This document shows, piece by piece, positions 1 through 13,106 of a stretch of DNA of 64,000 bases. This DNA comes from Flaccisagitta enflata. Taxonomy: Eukaryota. The stretch is taken from the NCBI GenBank assembly GCA_965153355.1, contig OZ231126.1, forward strand, positions 19,158,001-19,222,000, read 5' to 3'. The notes under the pieces were generated by a model, which saw only the letters and a list, made by a program, of their open reading frames with translations, had not been told where the DNA came from and ran no database searches. The number at the start of each line of letters is the position of its first letter. Positions within the stretch are counted from its first letter, which is position 1. A program made the translations under genes and the position numbers.

Positions 1-3000
1 GGAGACGGTGAAGATGACGAAGAAGAATCTGTCGATGAAGAGGACGGCGATGGTGAAGGCAAAGACGACGACAGAGGATCAGCGTCTGAACCGGAAATAC
101 CCCTCAAGGCGGCGCCGGCCAAGTCCAAGGCTGCCGCGGTTAAACCAAACTTTGACGATTTGAGCAGTTCCGAGGTAACTTATTGTGAATGGCTTTTATT
201 GTCCAACTGTACAAGTATATCGATGCGTGTTAGACACGGATGATCGATAATCGATATTGGATAAAGATTTACTGATAACTAAGACCAATTTCGGTTTAAA
301 TTGGCCTCTTGGAATTATGTGAATTAAATGATCGATCGATGAAAGAATTAGTTGTCCCAGACGTACATGCATGACCTTGCTTCTAGTTGGCTGTAAATTG
401 GCAATTATTCCCGACTCAAACGGTCAGTGTTAGGCGGCGCGGTGACACGCTTTTCCATTTGCGTCCTACGGATGAAACAAAACTTGTTAGTGAGGGCGGC
501 GTGTCCTCGTATGATAGCGCGGCTTGTCTGTCTTCGTTAGTTCCTCCGATCAATAAAAGATGGCCAAGACGGTGCGCTTGGGTGCTTCACATAGCAAAAG
601 TTGCTTATTTCTTTTCATCCTCTTTACCTAATGTGGAGTGGCAAATTTTAGGAGCCTTACCATTTTTCTTTTATCAAAAATCATTCATCTTCCGTTTTTG
701 TCCGCGACGGAATACCATTCCGACGCGGACTATAATTCGAGGCGGGTGGGTGTCGTTGTCGTTGTCGTTGTCGTCGTCGTCCACACTTTTAAAAATGGGC
801 TAACTTTTGAACGCCTTGACCGATTTGCTTCATATTTGGAGGAAAGTTGTATTAGGGTAAGCCGCTTTGCAGCCTATGCGTATGTTATGATCCGACCCAC
901 CCAACCGGCCCAACCAGCCTACCAGCCTAAAAGTGAAAAACGTGCATAACTTCGGCGTTTTTCTACCGATTTGGTTAAAATTTGGTATGTAGTCCCTAAA
1001 TGGAAGAACTCAACACATGTATTTGAATCGTAAAGATTTTAGCATGCTAACCGGCCAAACCGGCCTACCACCCAACCAGCCCACCAGCCTAAAAGTGAAA
1101 AACCTGCATAACTTTGGCATTTTTCAACCGATTTGGTTAAAACTTGGTAGGTAGTCTCTAAATGGAAGGACTCAACATATGTATTTGATTTGTAAAGATT
1201 TTAGCATGCTAACCGGCCTACCACCCAACCTGCCTACCAGCCTAAAAGTGAAAAACGTGCATAACTCTGGCATTTTTCAACTGATTTGGTTAAAACTTGG
1301 TATGTAGTCTCTAAATGGAAGGACACAACATATGTATTTGAATTGTAAAGATTTTAGCATGCTAACCGGCCAAACCGGCCTACCAGCCAACCAGCTGAAA
1401 AGTGGAAAACGTGCATAACTATGGCATTTCTCTACCGATTTGGTTAAGATTTGGTTTGTAGTCCCTAAATGGAAGCACTCAACATATGTATTTGAATTGT
1501 AAAGATTTTAGCATGCTAACCGGCCAAAACGGCCTACTAGCCTACCAGCCTAAAGTGAAAAACGTGCATAACTTTGGCATTTTTCAACCGATTTGGTTAA
1601 AAATTGGTATGTTGTCTCTAAATGGAAGGACTCAACATATGTATTTGATTTGTAAAGATTATAGCATGCTAACTGGCCAAACTGGCCAAACCGCCGTTTG
1701 ACAATGCCATTTGACAGCACCGTTTGACAGCGCCGTTTGACAGCGCCGTTTGACAACGCCGTTTGACAACGCCGTTTGACAGCGCCGTTTGACAACGCCG
1801 TTTGACAACGCCGTTTGACAACGCCGTTTGACAACGCCGTTTAACAACGCCGTTTGACAACGCCGTTTAACAACGCCGTTTGACTCCAGTCGCGGACCCT
1901 TACTCTTTTAAGATTTTTTAGAAAATTGTTTTTGAGAGCTTAATTTGTATATTGCAGTGGGATAAAAAAGTATGCTGATCTTCTTTGAATTAGCTTTTAA
2001 AAATTTCTGCTCTTTAAAGAATTGTTAATCTGCTTTTTCACAAGCTCTTACGTAACTTATGCTCTGATATTTTAATTCATTTTTCCAGAAATCATGATTT
2101 TTAGTCGCGTGCTACGCGACTCTACACCCCGCTATGTCGGTCCGTCGGTCGGTCGGTCGGTCCCCTTTTTTACTTTTTCGGCGTTTTTGAGCTTTTTGAG
2201 CACACGGCTCCTGTCCAGATGACCCAGTGACCTTCTCCAGCACTGCTCCTGCCCACCCGCACGCGACTAGGGTAGCCGTGTATCCGGCCTTGTTTAAAGC
2301 TAACAATTGTTCCTTTCGTAACAAGACTACACAGGATTTTGCTGAATTCTGGGAAATCTGAGTAAACTTTAAGGCCAAAACAAAAACGGAAGATGAAGGA
2401 ATTTTAACAAAAGGAAAACGGTCATCTTCATGATTTTTTTCACTCCATATTGGGTTAGCGGGATGAGAAGAAAATCAAATTTTTTGCTATGCGAAGCACG
2501 CAAACGGTGCGCCCGTCGTTATCAATGCTTAGATATGTCCCTAACTTAATGCCTCTAGCCCGGTCCCGAGCTCTCATCTTTACTATTCCGAGCTTTCAGA
2601 CATACATCCAAAGCTTAATATGACAATAGATGAAATGAGGAACATGAATGTTGAACGAGATGAGTTTTCAAATGGAAACAACCATTTTCTGCGATCTTTC
2701 ACACGAAGCAGGACGTACCGACGGACAGACCAACGGACAGCCTCACATAGTTGCGTCGGCGCACTTAACAACTGCCCAAACCAAAACGAACAACCACTCA
2801 AAACAAAAACCCAACAGCAAATAACAAAAAAACAAACCAACCACAACAATCGACCAACACCAACCCACCACCACCTCAAATGTGGGCAATAAAAATTTAC
2901 TTTGGCCCAAATGACTAATCTTTCAATGAAATTTATCAACCAGGCATCGGCCGGTGAGAAAGTTCGAGATTCAACCGCGAGCGAGTCTGAGACCGAGCTG

Positions 3001-3156
3001 CCTAAGCCCAAAGGTGGCAAATCTGCCCCATCTAAGGCACCTGTCAAGTCAACGTCAACGGCCTCAGAATCCGAGCCGGAGCAGGAACCAGAACCTGCTA
3101 AGCCGAAGAAGGGCGGAGCGAAACTACGCGGCCGAGGGGCAAAGGCCAAAGTTTGA
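1..3156 (+). CDS. 3' end of an unidentified spliced gene with an acidic, Ser/Lys/Pro-rich C-terminus (exons <1-174 and 2944-3156)
   Basis: Frame 1 is open over 1-174 (GDGEDDEEESVDEED...NFDDLSSSE) up to donor GAG|gtaact. Acceptor aaccag|GCA at 2944 has the same phase (0) and reads ASAGEKVRDS...GRGAKAKV to TGA 3154-3156, with matching composition. Upstream exons lie outside the window. Confidence 0.7.
700..1914 (+). mobile_element. HINE/DINE-1-like non-autonomous Helentron element, family A, copy 1
   Basis: Sits in T-runs. 5' GTCCGCGACGG...GACGCGGAC stem, (GTCGTT)n microsatellite, ~5 tandem ~155-bp units (~900-1690), a 13-bp CGCCGTTTGACAA array (1693-1884) and 3' subterminal inverted repeat GTCGCGGAC. 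Second copy at 13256. Confidence 0.75.
2101..2296 (+). mobile_element. Short HINE-like element, family B (reference copy)
   Basis: TTTTTAGTCGCGTGCTACGCGACT 5' stem, (GTCG/GTCC)n, 3' GCACGCGACTA subTIR, then a GCCGTGTATCCGGCC hairpin and TTGTTT. Many relatives in the window. Confidence 0.75.
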
Positions 3157-3294
3157 GCCGTCAACCGAGAAAGAAAGAAAGCATGACTCTGGAGTCATTG
3201 ACTCGACTCAATTCGATCAACATCAGAGTCATATTAAGTGTCACATAGTTTTCCGGTCTCTTGTCTTTGAACATAGCGAGTTTGCTTAAACCTA

Positions 3295-4044
3295 CACTTT
3301 TTTTTTTTTATAAGCACGCTCCTTTTTTGGCCGAGGCTGAGCGTGCTTAGCAAAATCTTATTTTCAAGGCTGAAATGTGCTTAAGTGCGTGCTTAATATT
3401 TATCGGTAAGTAATAATCCTATCAAGTATAGAACAAAGTACACAGTATAGAACAAAAACAGTATAGAACAAAGTACACAGTAGGGAATAGAAAACAGTAA
3501 AGCAAGAGTATTGTATAATATAGAATAAAGGAAAGTATAAAACACAGTAATGAATGTATTTTTTATAAGAAAATATACAGTATCTTTCACTGGCGTTGTC
3601 CTGCTTTCATGTAAACCATGATATGAGATTAGTATCATGACCTGATATATATTTTTTTAGATTTTTTTTATTATTTAGTATCATGCTATATCTTTCTTTT
3701 GTGGTGGTGTTTTTTACAGCAATAAATTCTTATTAACAATAGTATCTTAGCAATAATATTCCTAAATATTATTAGAAATTCAATTATTTTTATCATTATC
3801 AAAATCCTGAATGTACTGACAGACTGATATTATAGAGGATTTCAAATTCTATCAAACTTTCCATTTGTTTTTGTGAAATTCCAACCAAAAATGTATAAAA
3901 ATTGGCATATTTTTGGAAAATCATCAATAATTTTTTTCAAATGGAAAATCTCAGCCTGGAGTGTGCTTAGCAATGTGCTTAAATTTTCCCAATATCTGAG
4001 GCTGGGCGTGCTTATAAACGAGGTGCTTATAAAAAAAAAAAGTG
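3295..4044. mobile_element. MITE with TA target duplication (Tc1/mariner type)
   Basis: TA|CAC(T)nATAAGCAC ... GTGCTTAT(A)nGTG|TA. A related truncated copy lies at ~60791-61206. Confidence 0.8.
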
Positions 4045-4557
4045 TACCTCTCGTCTTTAGTTCCAAGGGCGGTGAAGCCGGGATGGCGCTGCGGGCGGGG
4101 CTTGGTATATGAGAGGGGTGTAAGTGGAAGATTGTTGGTTTGGAATTGCTCAATGGCAATAATTTTATCGTTGCTTCAATTTCTTTGGCTGAAATTTCTG
4201 CCATAACAAAGTCGAAAGTCTTTCACGGTGACCTCAATCTGGTTAATATGGTTGTAACCGGTCGTGGCCTGCGAGTTAGTTATGACTAATTCTGCCTGTG
4301 ATTACATTTTATTGTTGCGCAATACCTTTCACATTAAGTGGCTGTGTCCTTATCCGTTTTCTCACGAACTATTTCGAGCTTCACCACCACTTTGAAGTCA
4401 CCTTCTTTGTTCATTATTTTTGAGCCTAGAAAAAGCTAGAGCTCTTTTTATTTTCCTTTACCAATATTTTTCAGCTAGCGATAGCTGTATAAACCTTTTG
4501 ATTACTAAATCACGTCTCAACTGCAACTTGTTTTACCGACTTTTGTTTTATACTATA

Positions 4558-4968
4558 CAGATGGGGCCCTAATAAGAGCGAAGGAGGGACCCAAAGTTTT
4601 AGCATCACCCCCTACAGCTTAAATGGCTCAAACATTCTTCTCACTTGCTAAGTGCTATGGCGGTTCATACCTCAGGTGGATACAATTGGCATTACCATGG
4701 CGATTTTTGAATTTCCACTTAGAACGCCCTTAGATTTCGCAAAATCACCCTCAGGAGCTTCTAAAAAAATCTAACAATTTTTTCTTCATTTTTGATAATT
4801 TGGGGGTGTTCTAGGTGGACATTCAAAAATTGCCATGGTGGCGCCACTTGTATCCACTCGAGATATATTCCACCACAGCGAGTAAGAAATTTGCTTGAGC
4901 CACTTAAGTTGTAGGGGGTGATGCTAAAACTTTGGGTCCCTCCTCCGCTCTTATTAGGGTCCTATCTG
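4558..4968. mobile_element. MITE with long TIRs and TA target duplication
   Basis: TA|CAGATGGGGCCCTAATAAGAGCG... and ...CGCTCTTATTAGGGTCCTATCTG|TA; nearly the whole element is an imperfect palindrome. Confidence 0.85.
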
Positions 4969-7010
4969 TAGTTGCCTTTATTGATCTCTCTCTACAGGCT
5001 GCATTTTGTCATTTTGTGGCTTTTGGTCCCTGTTGATTTTGAGTGTCAGCAAATACTAAAGGACATTGAACCCGGGATGACTGGATGATAGCCACATGGC
5101 GTGTTAAAAAGAAATTATATCAGTCGACTTTGCAGGGCTCAAACTCGGTCGTTATCTGAAGTCAGACATCATCTATTATTGAGATATGAGATTCCCGCTC
5201 ATCGCTCATTGTGGATTTGTGGTGGGACAGAAATCGATATCTAAGCTGATCGGCTTTAATTCGATCACTTGCAAGGACTCGACACAGAATCTTGTGTATT
5301 GTATCATTTGATGGACTTGTCTCAGACCTAGCTACAGAAGAATATGTTCCTAATGATTACGTTAGTCCGAGGTCAGACGAGTCGGGGTTACGCAAGCTGT
5401 ATAATTTGGAAAAAAGTCGAAGAGACGAAGTCCCTTTGGTCTATTTGAGTCCTGCAGAGAAAAACAGATTTCCCTTTGTTTAATGAGTCGTTTGGGAAAG
5501 TTGATACATTTTGGGGGCAGAATGGGACTACGCATGAAATTAATAGCTAAGAAAGAGCTAATTCTCTTTCAGATGACGTCAAGCAGAATTCTGTGCGATT
5601 GATAATTTTGGAGCTATGATTTTTTAAATCTTTTTATATTTTTTCGCATTTTTTGCATTTTTCCCAAAAACAAGGAATCGAGTTAGTTGAAGTCTATTTG
5701 AACTTTGAAATGTCCTAGGTGATGATTGTGCATCCTGGCAGCACAGTCTCTCTCTCATTTAAACTCTGGATGCTATAAGAGGCTTTGTCCATCAGTCCAT
5801 CCCTTGGTTTGATGTCTTTCTGTCCGTCAAAGTGGAAAAGCAAGCGGTTTAGATGATTGTGTGTGGGGGTTGAGGTTGGGGTGTGGATGCTTCTGTTAAC
5901 AGGTCCGCAACGATATTGTAACCCGTGTTACATGATAGAAGGCGAGAAAGAGAGAGAAGGGGAGAGAGAAAATCAGAATGGGAGAGAGAAAGAGAGAAAG
6001 AGATGGGCAAACAAAGAACAAACCAAAAAGATGCCTACAGAAAAAAAGGCAATCAACTAGACAAAACACAATCACAAAAAATTCCAAAACCCCGCACTTA
6101 CGACTTTTTTCCTACGGCGAGAGCCGCCTTTATAGACAAGTAGCCTCTAAAGAATGTTTTATAAGGCAGGTGGGTCTCTGAAAATTTGTTGCAAATTTCA
6201 TACTCTTCCAACGAAGTAAATTGGCAAATGAAAAAACAAAATTTTTCTACCTCTTGCCATTGGAGGATTTCGAAATAGTAAAAAAAAGCAACTCTCGCTT
6301 CTCGAACCAACCAAACACCTCGGTTTCGATCGACTGATTTATCTCGCAAAAGTCTCTCCCTTTCTTTCTCTTAATCTGGATATGGCCCGATCCTTTTTTT
6401 CCCTCCCTCGGACATCGAACCACGGATGGCGCGTCTCTCAATGAATCTCGCTTTCCTCTCTTCTCTCCCCGGCTCTGCCTTCTCCGCATCGCCCGGCCCG
6501 GGTCGTACGTCTCGCGGGTTTGCGATACTCGCTCAAAGTACAAGAAAGTGTCGCGTTGTCAGTACATCGTCCGTAAGAGCCACATGGTATAAAAGAACTT
6601 GCGCGATCTCGTTCCGTGAAATAAAGTTGCCATTGTTCACTGCGTCACCGTATTTTCTTACCGTTAACTGGATTATCTTGACATCGGTTCTTTCCTTTCA
6701 CACTGGATATGTAACATGTAACCCGTGTCAATTCTCAGTTGCGTCAATATGTAGGCAAAAATAAATGGTAATGATGCTAGCTTTCTTACAAAAGTTGTGG
6801 ATTTGTCCTGAGGCAAATGCAAGAGACTTTATAAAAGTTTGGGCTTAAGCCGTCCGTCCGTCCCTCCGACCGCGATTGGAAAAAAACATTGCAAAGCCCG
6901 CACCTCCTCTCCTTCTCACCCTCTTTCCATTGGTGCTATTGCACCCCAGTTGTCTTTCTGTCAAATGCATCCGTCGTCGATATTTTTTTCCATCTTTGCA
7001 TCGAATGATA

Positions 7011-7130
7011 GTCACGTGATGTCGGCCAATGTGTCGCGCAGTTTTTCCCTTTCCTTATTGTCTCGCGCTTCGTCGTTGTGACGTCATCTCCATGGCGACG
7101 AATGATCTGCCGAGAATGGCATCACGTGAC
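7011..7130 (+). promoter_or_regulatory. Candidate desaturase promoter module (two E-boxes, CCAAT, CRE)
   Basis: GTCACGTGAT 7011-7020 and its inverse ATCACGTGAC 7121-7130, CCAAT 7026-7030, TGACGTCA 7079-7086; 620-740 bp upstream of the ATG. Confidence 0.4.
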
Positions 7131-7753
7131 CTTGACGCTTCGTGCAAGATAAACACTCGCCCCAGATCTTGACGTTGTGCAATGTGTGCGGGTTGTGAAA
7201 TAACATATTGCGTAAGCGTCTGTCGTTTTGGCTGCTGTCTGCGTATGCATTGAAAAGTTCTTATTTGGGAAACAAGATATTTGTAATGGTAATTATAATG
7301 AATATCAAAATATTATCGTACTTATGTCTCAATGGGGGGCGCTAATTAGAGCAGTGTATGACAATATTACATTTCAATTTGAAAAGCGCCCGGGCGCTAA
7401 TTAGAACAAACAAGGTAGAACAATGAAAGTTATCAAAAAATTAAGGCTAAATGAAAATTTAATTTTTTTTTGTTTGAGTACTCTTGCACGTCGTGGTAAG
7501 ATAGTCCTTGATTTTTCGATAAGCTAGGGCGGCTCCTTTTAGCTAACCTTTTCAACAAAATGGAAAGGACTTATTCTTGTGGCACTCTTGGCAGGAGATC
7601 GATAAGCGGGGAAAAAGTCTGAACAAATTTTCGTGGTCTGAACAAAAGAAAAACTAAAAAAGAAACCTAAATCGACAAAGAAAAACTGAAAAAAGAATAA
7701 AACTAAAACACTCTGAAGGTAAAAACTTGGACAGTCAATTTAAATAAGCGAAA

Positions 7754-10263
7754 ATGAGTCCCAGAAATGAGAGCAACAGCGATCAAGGAGGCATCATTCG
7801 CTGTGATTCCACGGACGAATTGAACGCACAGAAACTGGATACGGATGTCACCGAGTAAGTAATTCATGCGGGTGACTCAGTTGTGTGAAAAATCCTTCCT
7901 TTTATTGATAAGCGACAAACTGTGAACTTATGCTTAAATGAAGAATGAACTTATGGACTACTAGTAGTAGTAAACATATATATATATATATGTCAGTTAT
8001 TCTATGTGTCAGTACATGTCAGTTATTCTATATATGTCAGTTATTCTTAGATACATTCTACTTTAAACTGAAAAGAAGACTGAATTAGTAAATACCGAGC
8101 TTTTTAAACACCTGGCCTAAATTTTCATCATCTCATTCCCTTCATTTTCTGACTCGTTTTGTTCCCTAGGAACCCACCTCTGCAAATCGTCTGGAGAAAC
8201 GTAATTCTCTTCGCCTTCTTGCATCTGGCAGCTCTCTACGCTTTGATATTTGAAGTGAAAGAATCCAAGTGGCAAACGTTGTTATGGAGTAAGTCTAGAC
8301 TATGAAAAAGAAATTTGTTTCGGTCATTGACCATTATTATAGACCATCATAATGCGCGCACATTATTGAATGATCTCTCTACTCCCGCACGGTCGGTTGA
8401 TAAGTCTGACCATTGCTTATGTCGATTGTAAGGCGATTTATGCAGCAGTTGAAGTCGTCGTTTCCCCCCCCCCCCCACATCGCTGGATTTGGTCAACCAA
8501 ACGCGACAATGTGAAAATATATATATATATATATATATATGTATAGTCTTGTTCTTTCTTTTATCCTCGCCAGCTTATATTCTGTACTTGGTGGGCGGGA
8601 TTGGAGTAACAGCCGGTTGTCATCGTTTGTGGTCGCATCGTTCTTTCAAGGCGACCTTCCCTCTCCGTTTTCTTCTCGTCATCTTCCAAACTACAGCTCT
8701 TCAAAATGACGTCATCGAGTGGGCCAGAGATCATAGGTGGGGCGATGCTGTTATAACATTTCCTTCTATGTTAATTATGGTTCTCACCTCTCAGTGAAGT
8801 GGCAGTCTACCCTCAATCATAGTCTGCGTCATCAAACTAATTTCCCCCTTTTCCAAACTTTTTTTCTGGCAGGGTACATCATAAATATTCCGAAACTCAC
8901 GCCGATCCTCATAATGCCAACAGGGGCTTTTTCTTTGCTCATATCGGCTGGTTGCTATGTCGCAAGCATCCTCAGGTAAATTCCGTCACCATCGTCGCTA
9001 CGAAATGCTAAAAATTATTGGCTGGGTGGAAGAATGATGAAAGGTTGCTTAATTCTCATGCTCACCATGCGCCTTTTCTAGGTGAAAGAGAAAGGCAAGC
9101 AAATAGATCTCAGCGATCTGTACAAGGATCCGTTGCTGGTGTTTCAAAGAAAGTACTACAAGCCTCTGGTACTTCTTTTCTGCTTCATCATCCCCACTAT
9201 CGTTCCTTGGTGTTTGTGGGATGAGTCTTTCCTCAACTCTCACTTCGTTCCTTGCATTTTGAGGTTAGTTTCAACGCAGACGTGATCTGACCCATGCGGA
9301 TTTTTTCCCTAGTTTTGAACTGGTCGTCCGTGTGTTTGTCTGTCCTTTGGTTCTTCCCTTCGTCTGCCTACTCGAAGATCACGTTGTTAACGCTTAGTTG
9401 CCTGTTAGCTCATTTCTCACTGAATATCCCTTGCTCCTTTGTTCAGCACCGAAAATCATCATTCGACTAATATCTCACCCCCCCTCCCCCTGATCTTTTC
9501 GTTTTTTTTCTTAGGCTGACGATCGGTTTGAACCTCACGTGGGCAGTGAACAGCGTCGCACATTTGTGGGGCACTCGGCCCTATGACAAAGAATCGAATC
9601 CCGCCGAGAACCTTCTGGTGATTCTCGGTGCCGCCGGGGAAGGGCATCACAATTATCATCACACGTTTCCTCACGACTACGCCACGTCAGAGCACAACGT
9701 CCCAGGCCTATCACTTATATTCAATATCACCACAGGTAAAGGAGGAACGATTTGACATAACGCAGTGGAAGAGGGAATGTGATTGTTTCCGTAGGATGAA
9801 GAATGGCCCACAATAGTTTGCAGGGGTCTTTTTTCTCACTCTCCACTCTCCCCCTTCCTCACCCCTATTCTCATTTTGAGTTCGCGGGGGAAACGCAAAA
9901 ACGCCTTAAATCTGTTTTCAAGCGCGTACACGTGTCTGTCCGTCGGTCCGTTGGTCCGCTGATCACACTTTTCCTTTTCGGCTTTTTTCGGTCTTTGGCC
10001 TCTCTGCTTCTGCCAATATGCTCCAGTGAGCTCAAATACAGCCCCTGCCCACCATCGCGCGACTGGGGTAGCCGTGTAACCGGCCTTGTTTCACTCCTCC
10101 CTGTATCTATCCAGCTTTCATCGATGCCATGGCTTGGATCGGGTGGGCGTATGGTAGAAAAAGGATCGATCCTTCGATGGTGGAAAAGAAAGCGCAAAGA
10201 AGCGGCGACGGAAATTCTCATCTTCACATGTTCAACCCTTTTTCATGGAGATGTCGCGCATAG
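7754..10263 (+). CDS. SCD: Acyl-CoA Delta-9 (stearoyl-CoA) desaturase family protein, 345 aa, 7 exons
   Basis: Exons 7754-7854, 8170-8288, 8574-8736, 8873-8975, 9082-9263, 9515-9735, 10115-10263; all GT-AG with consistent phases (1038 nt). Motifs IVWRNVILF, His boxes HRLWSH, HRVHH(KYSETHADPHN), HNYHH, plus LQNDVIEW, VNSVAH, FIDAMAWIGWAY. Regiospecificity is inferred only. Confidence 0.95.
9915..10091 (+). mobile_element. HINE family B copy in desaturase intron 6
   Basis: (GTCC)n tract and 3' CGCGACTGGGGTAGCCGTGTAACCGGCCTTGTTT match 2101-2296; ends ~23 nt before the last acceptor. Confidence 0.65.
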
Positions 10264-10286
10264 ATACTCTCTCTCTCTTTCTTCAA

Positions 10287-10302
10287 TCTTTCTTTCTTTC
10301 AT

Positions 10303-10370
<68 letters not shown>

Positions 10371-10372
10371 TC
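10287..10372. repeat. (TTTC)n microsatellite in desaturase 3' region
   Basis: Tetranucleotide array seen directly. Confidence 0.9.
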
Positions 10373-12502
10373 GTTTTATTTCCGACTTGGCTTTTGTCCA
10401 GTTCTATTTTCCTCCTTAAACTTCTCTTCTATCCTTCCTCCTTTCTCTTTTTCTCGCAATTTTTTCATGCTGTGTACTCATCGGCACCTAAGTCGAGCAT
10501 TCCGTTCAATTGTGATAGTTTGGGAAGATGAAGTCTCAAGACGTCATGGTCCCGCCCAGTCAGTATCTGGGCCGGGTCAGACGTTGCCCTTTTTTCTTTG
10601 TTTTCATGTTTGTTGTGTTCGTGTTTTTCCATATCATAATATCTCGCTGATTGCTCTCCCATTTGCTCTTTCTCATTACCGTGTAATTGCTGGATTGAGA
10701 TAATCAAATTTTTTTTTAGACTGAAAGTTGGAGTACATGCCAGAAAACTATAATAGTTTGTTAAAAAAAAGTATTCCCCTAGAATATGCCTTAGTGTATA
10801 TATTTATCAGCTGATAGCAATAGTCTGTTCTCCGGCACAAATGATAAACGTAAATTCATTATATATGCGTAAAAGCTATCTTGAACTCGGGACCAATTTC
10901 ATTAAGAATGAGTTGGTCACGTGTTAAATCAAAAGATCTTTTTTTTCTCTTGTTGGTTATTTTTTTGTTAAGATGTGCTCCTCGTTTGTTTTTCAGCCGA
11001 ACGCCCATCGCTTTGGAGGACCAGTTTTTACACTTCCTCTTTACAAGAATATTAACGCATTTACGTACATCGATTAGAACTGTTTGTGTCTGTTGTATTT
11101 ATTTCATTTGCAATTACCACTCAAATGGCTATGTATTTCTCTTTGCGCAACTTCTCTTCGATCGGATCACCACGAAAATAACAAGTTTGTTTCGACAGAA
11201 CTCATTTTTGATCTCTTTCAAACTGTTTTTATTTTCTTTCTTAATCGAATCCTAACATTCATACGAGCTTTAAAAAGAGCATGGTTCGTCTATTTTCTTG
11301 ATCTTGTAGTTAGTATTTCGTCCACCGAATGTTTTCGCCGTTATATATCTTTTTTAAAGAGTTAATGATCAACAAGTAGTGGAAGTAGCAACCTTTCAAG
11401 AAGAGATGATAGTTTTTTTTTCGTCCATATTTTGTAATCTGAAAAAGAATCTTATCTAGCATTTTGATTTCGCATCGCCAATTTAAATTGTTGCCTCGCA
11501 TTATTGATACTAGAACGTCAAAAATATAAACGTTTTTATCCTCGTTTGTTCTCATGACGCCTCTTTTGAGTAATTGTTCGGCTGCTGAAAAGGAAATGCC
11601 ATGCAATGTAATGATTAATTAGTCAGACTCCCTTTCATGATTCACTTGTATGTAGTTATTAATGACTTACCGGTCCACTGACCGAAGCACGAGTGCCTCG
11701 TCTAAAGTTTCCCAACTGACCAGAGAACCCGAAAGAAAAGAATCGAGATGGAGAAACGATATGTTACGAACTTGAAACGTGATGAGAGAGATATCGATGA
11801 TGCTGCCGATGATGACGATCATGGTGAGGATCGAGCGATGACGAAGAGGAGGAGAAGGAGGAGGAGAGGTAAGAGATGATCCCGCGGATAAGTCGGTCGG
11901 CTAGCCGCTTCGTCAGACCCAAGAACGAACAAAGGCGACTCTCGGCCCGTCTTGAAATCCCCGATTTGCGTAACAATGAAGGTCTCACGCTAATTGACTT
12001 TTATCGAATTTGCAATCGGCGATTGATCAAGATCCTCTCATCTAATTGGTCTGTTGAAAGGTAGGTGCAATGCTTGTGGAAACTGTGCGATTTGTACCGT
12101 AGATTGCGGCACATATTGGCCATAGAACTTTCCATCAATTGAATCAGATCAATGAAGACACGGTATAAATTAAGCAGGAATTCCTCTTTCATGCATAATT
12201 GAGAAATTTTTTAATCATTGACAATTTGTTTTGAATATTTGTAGTATAAGTGGTGTAACACTTTTGGTTGAGACACGTTTTGCATATTTGACAGCAATTT
12301 GCCATCAATTTTTTGAAATTTACCATTTTTCTGATTTTTTGACTATTTTTGATGTTTTAGCTGTTGTTTAGAAATAATCTAACTTGATCGTCCAACTAAA
12401 ACCTACGGAATATCAATTTGCAAATATAAGCGTTTCTTGTGATCTAGCCAATAGAAATATTGACAAGTTTTTATCTGCTCTCCAAAGAACTTCAAATTCT
12501 TT

Positions 12503-12695
12503 AACAAAGCCGGATACACGACTACCTTAGTCGCGTGCGGGTAGGCAGGGGCAGTATTTGAGTTAGTAAAGCACTTGGGCAAGTGCAGTGAGGCCAAAGA
12601 CCGCAAAAACATAAAAAAAAGTGAAATGGGGACCGACCGACCATCCAACCAACTGACCGACCGACGGACAAAGCGGGGTGTAGTGTCGCGTAATA
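12503..12695 (-). mobile_element. HINE family B copy, reverse
   Basis: AACAAAGCCGGATACACGACTACCTTAGTCGCGTGCGGG...GGGGACCGACCGACC...GTCGCGT is the reverse complement of the 2101 family. Confidence 0.7.
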
Positions 12696-13106
12696 AAATC
12701 AAAAATTTCACTTTTTATCATTTGCCTTATTTCTCAATATAGTTTCGACTATTTGACAGAAAAAAAACTTTTCAGGGGATGATTAAAATCGATGCCGTGA
12801 CATGAAATTTGTCATTTTCTAAGCTGGCTATATCCCCTTACTATTTTCTATCATTAAATTAGAGAAAATTTGTTGTAAAAAAAAAAGTTTTTTACTTTTT
12901 TAAGTGCGTGAAAGAAGAATTTCATACGACTGTTCGTGCTGTCTTAAATTTATTTGTTATCATTCGCGCGAACCGTTACCGCGTCAACCGTGGGGTTAGG
13001 TAGGAGCTATACTAGGCAGGTGAAGAGAAAAAAATTCTGTTGATGGCTGCTTACTAATTTTGTCAATATAGAAAAAGTAATAATTTAGAAGAACCTTAAC
13101 TGCGTA

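Noticed and set aside
9803-10531. 242-aa ORF
   Set aside because: Runs through an intronic HINE, the last desaturase exon in the wrong frame, and (TTTC)n.
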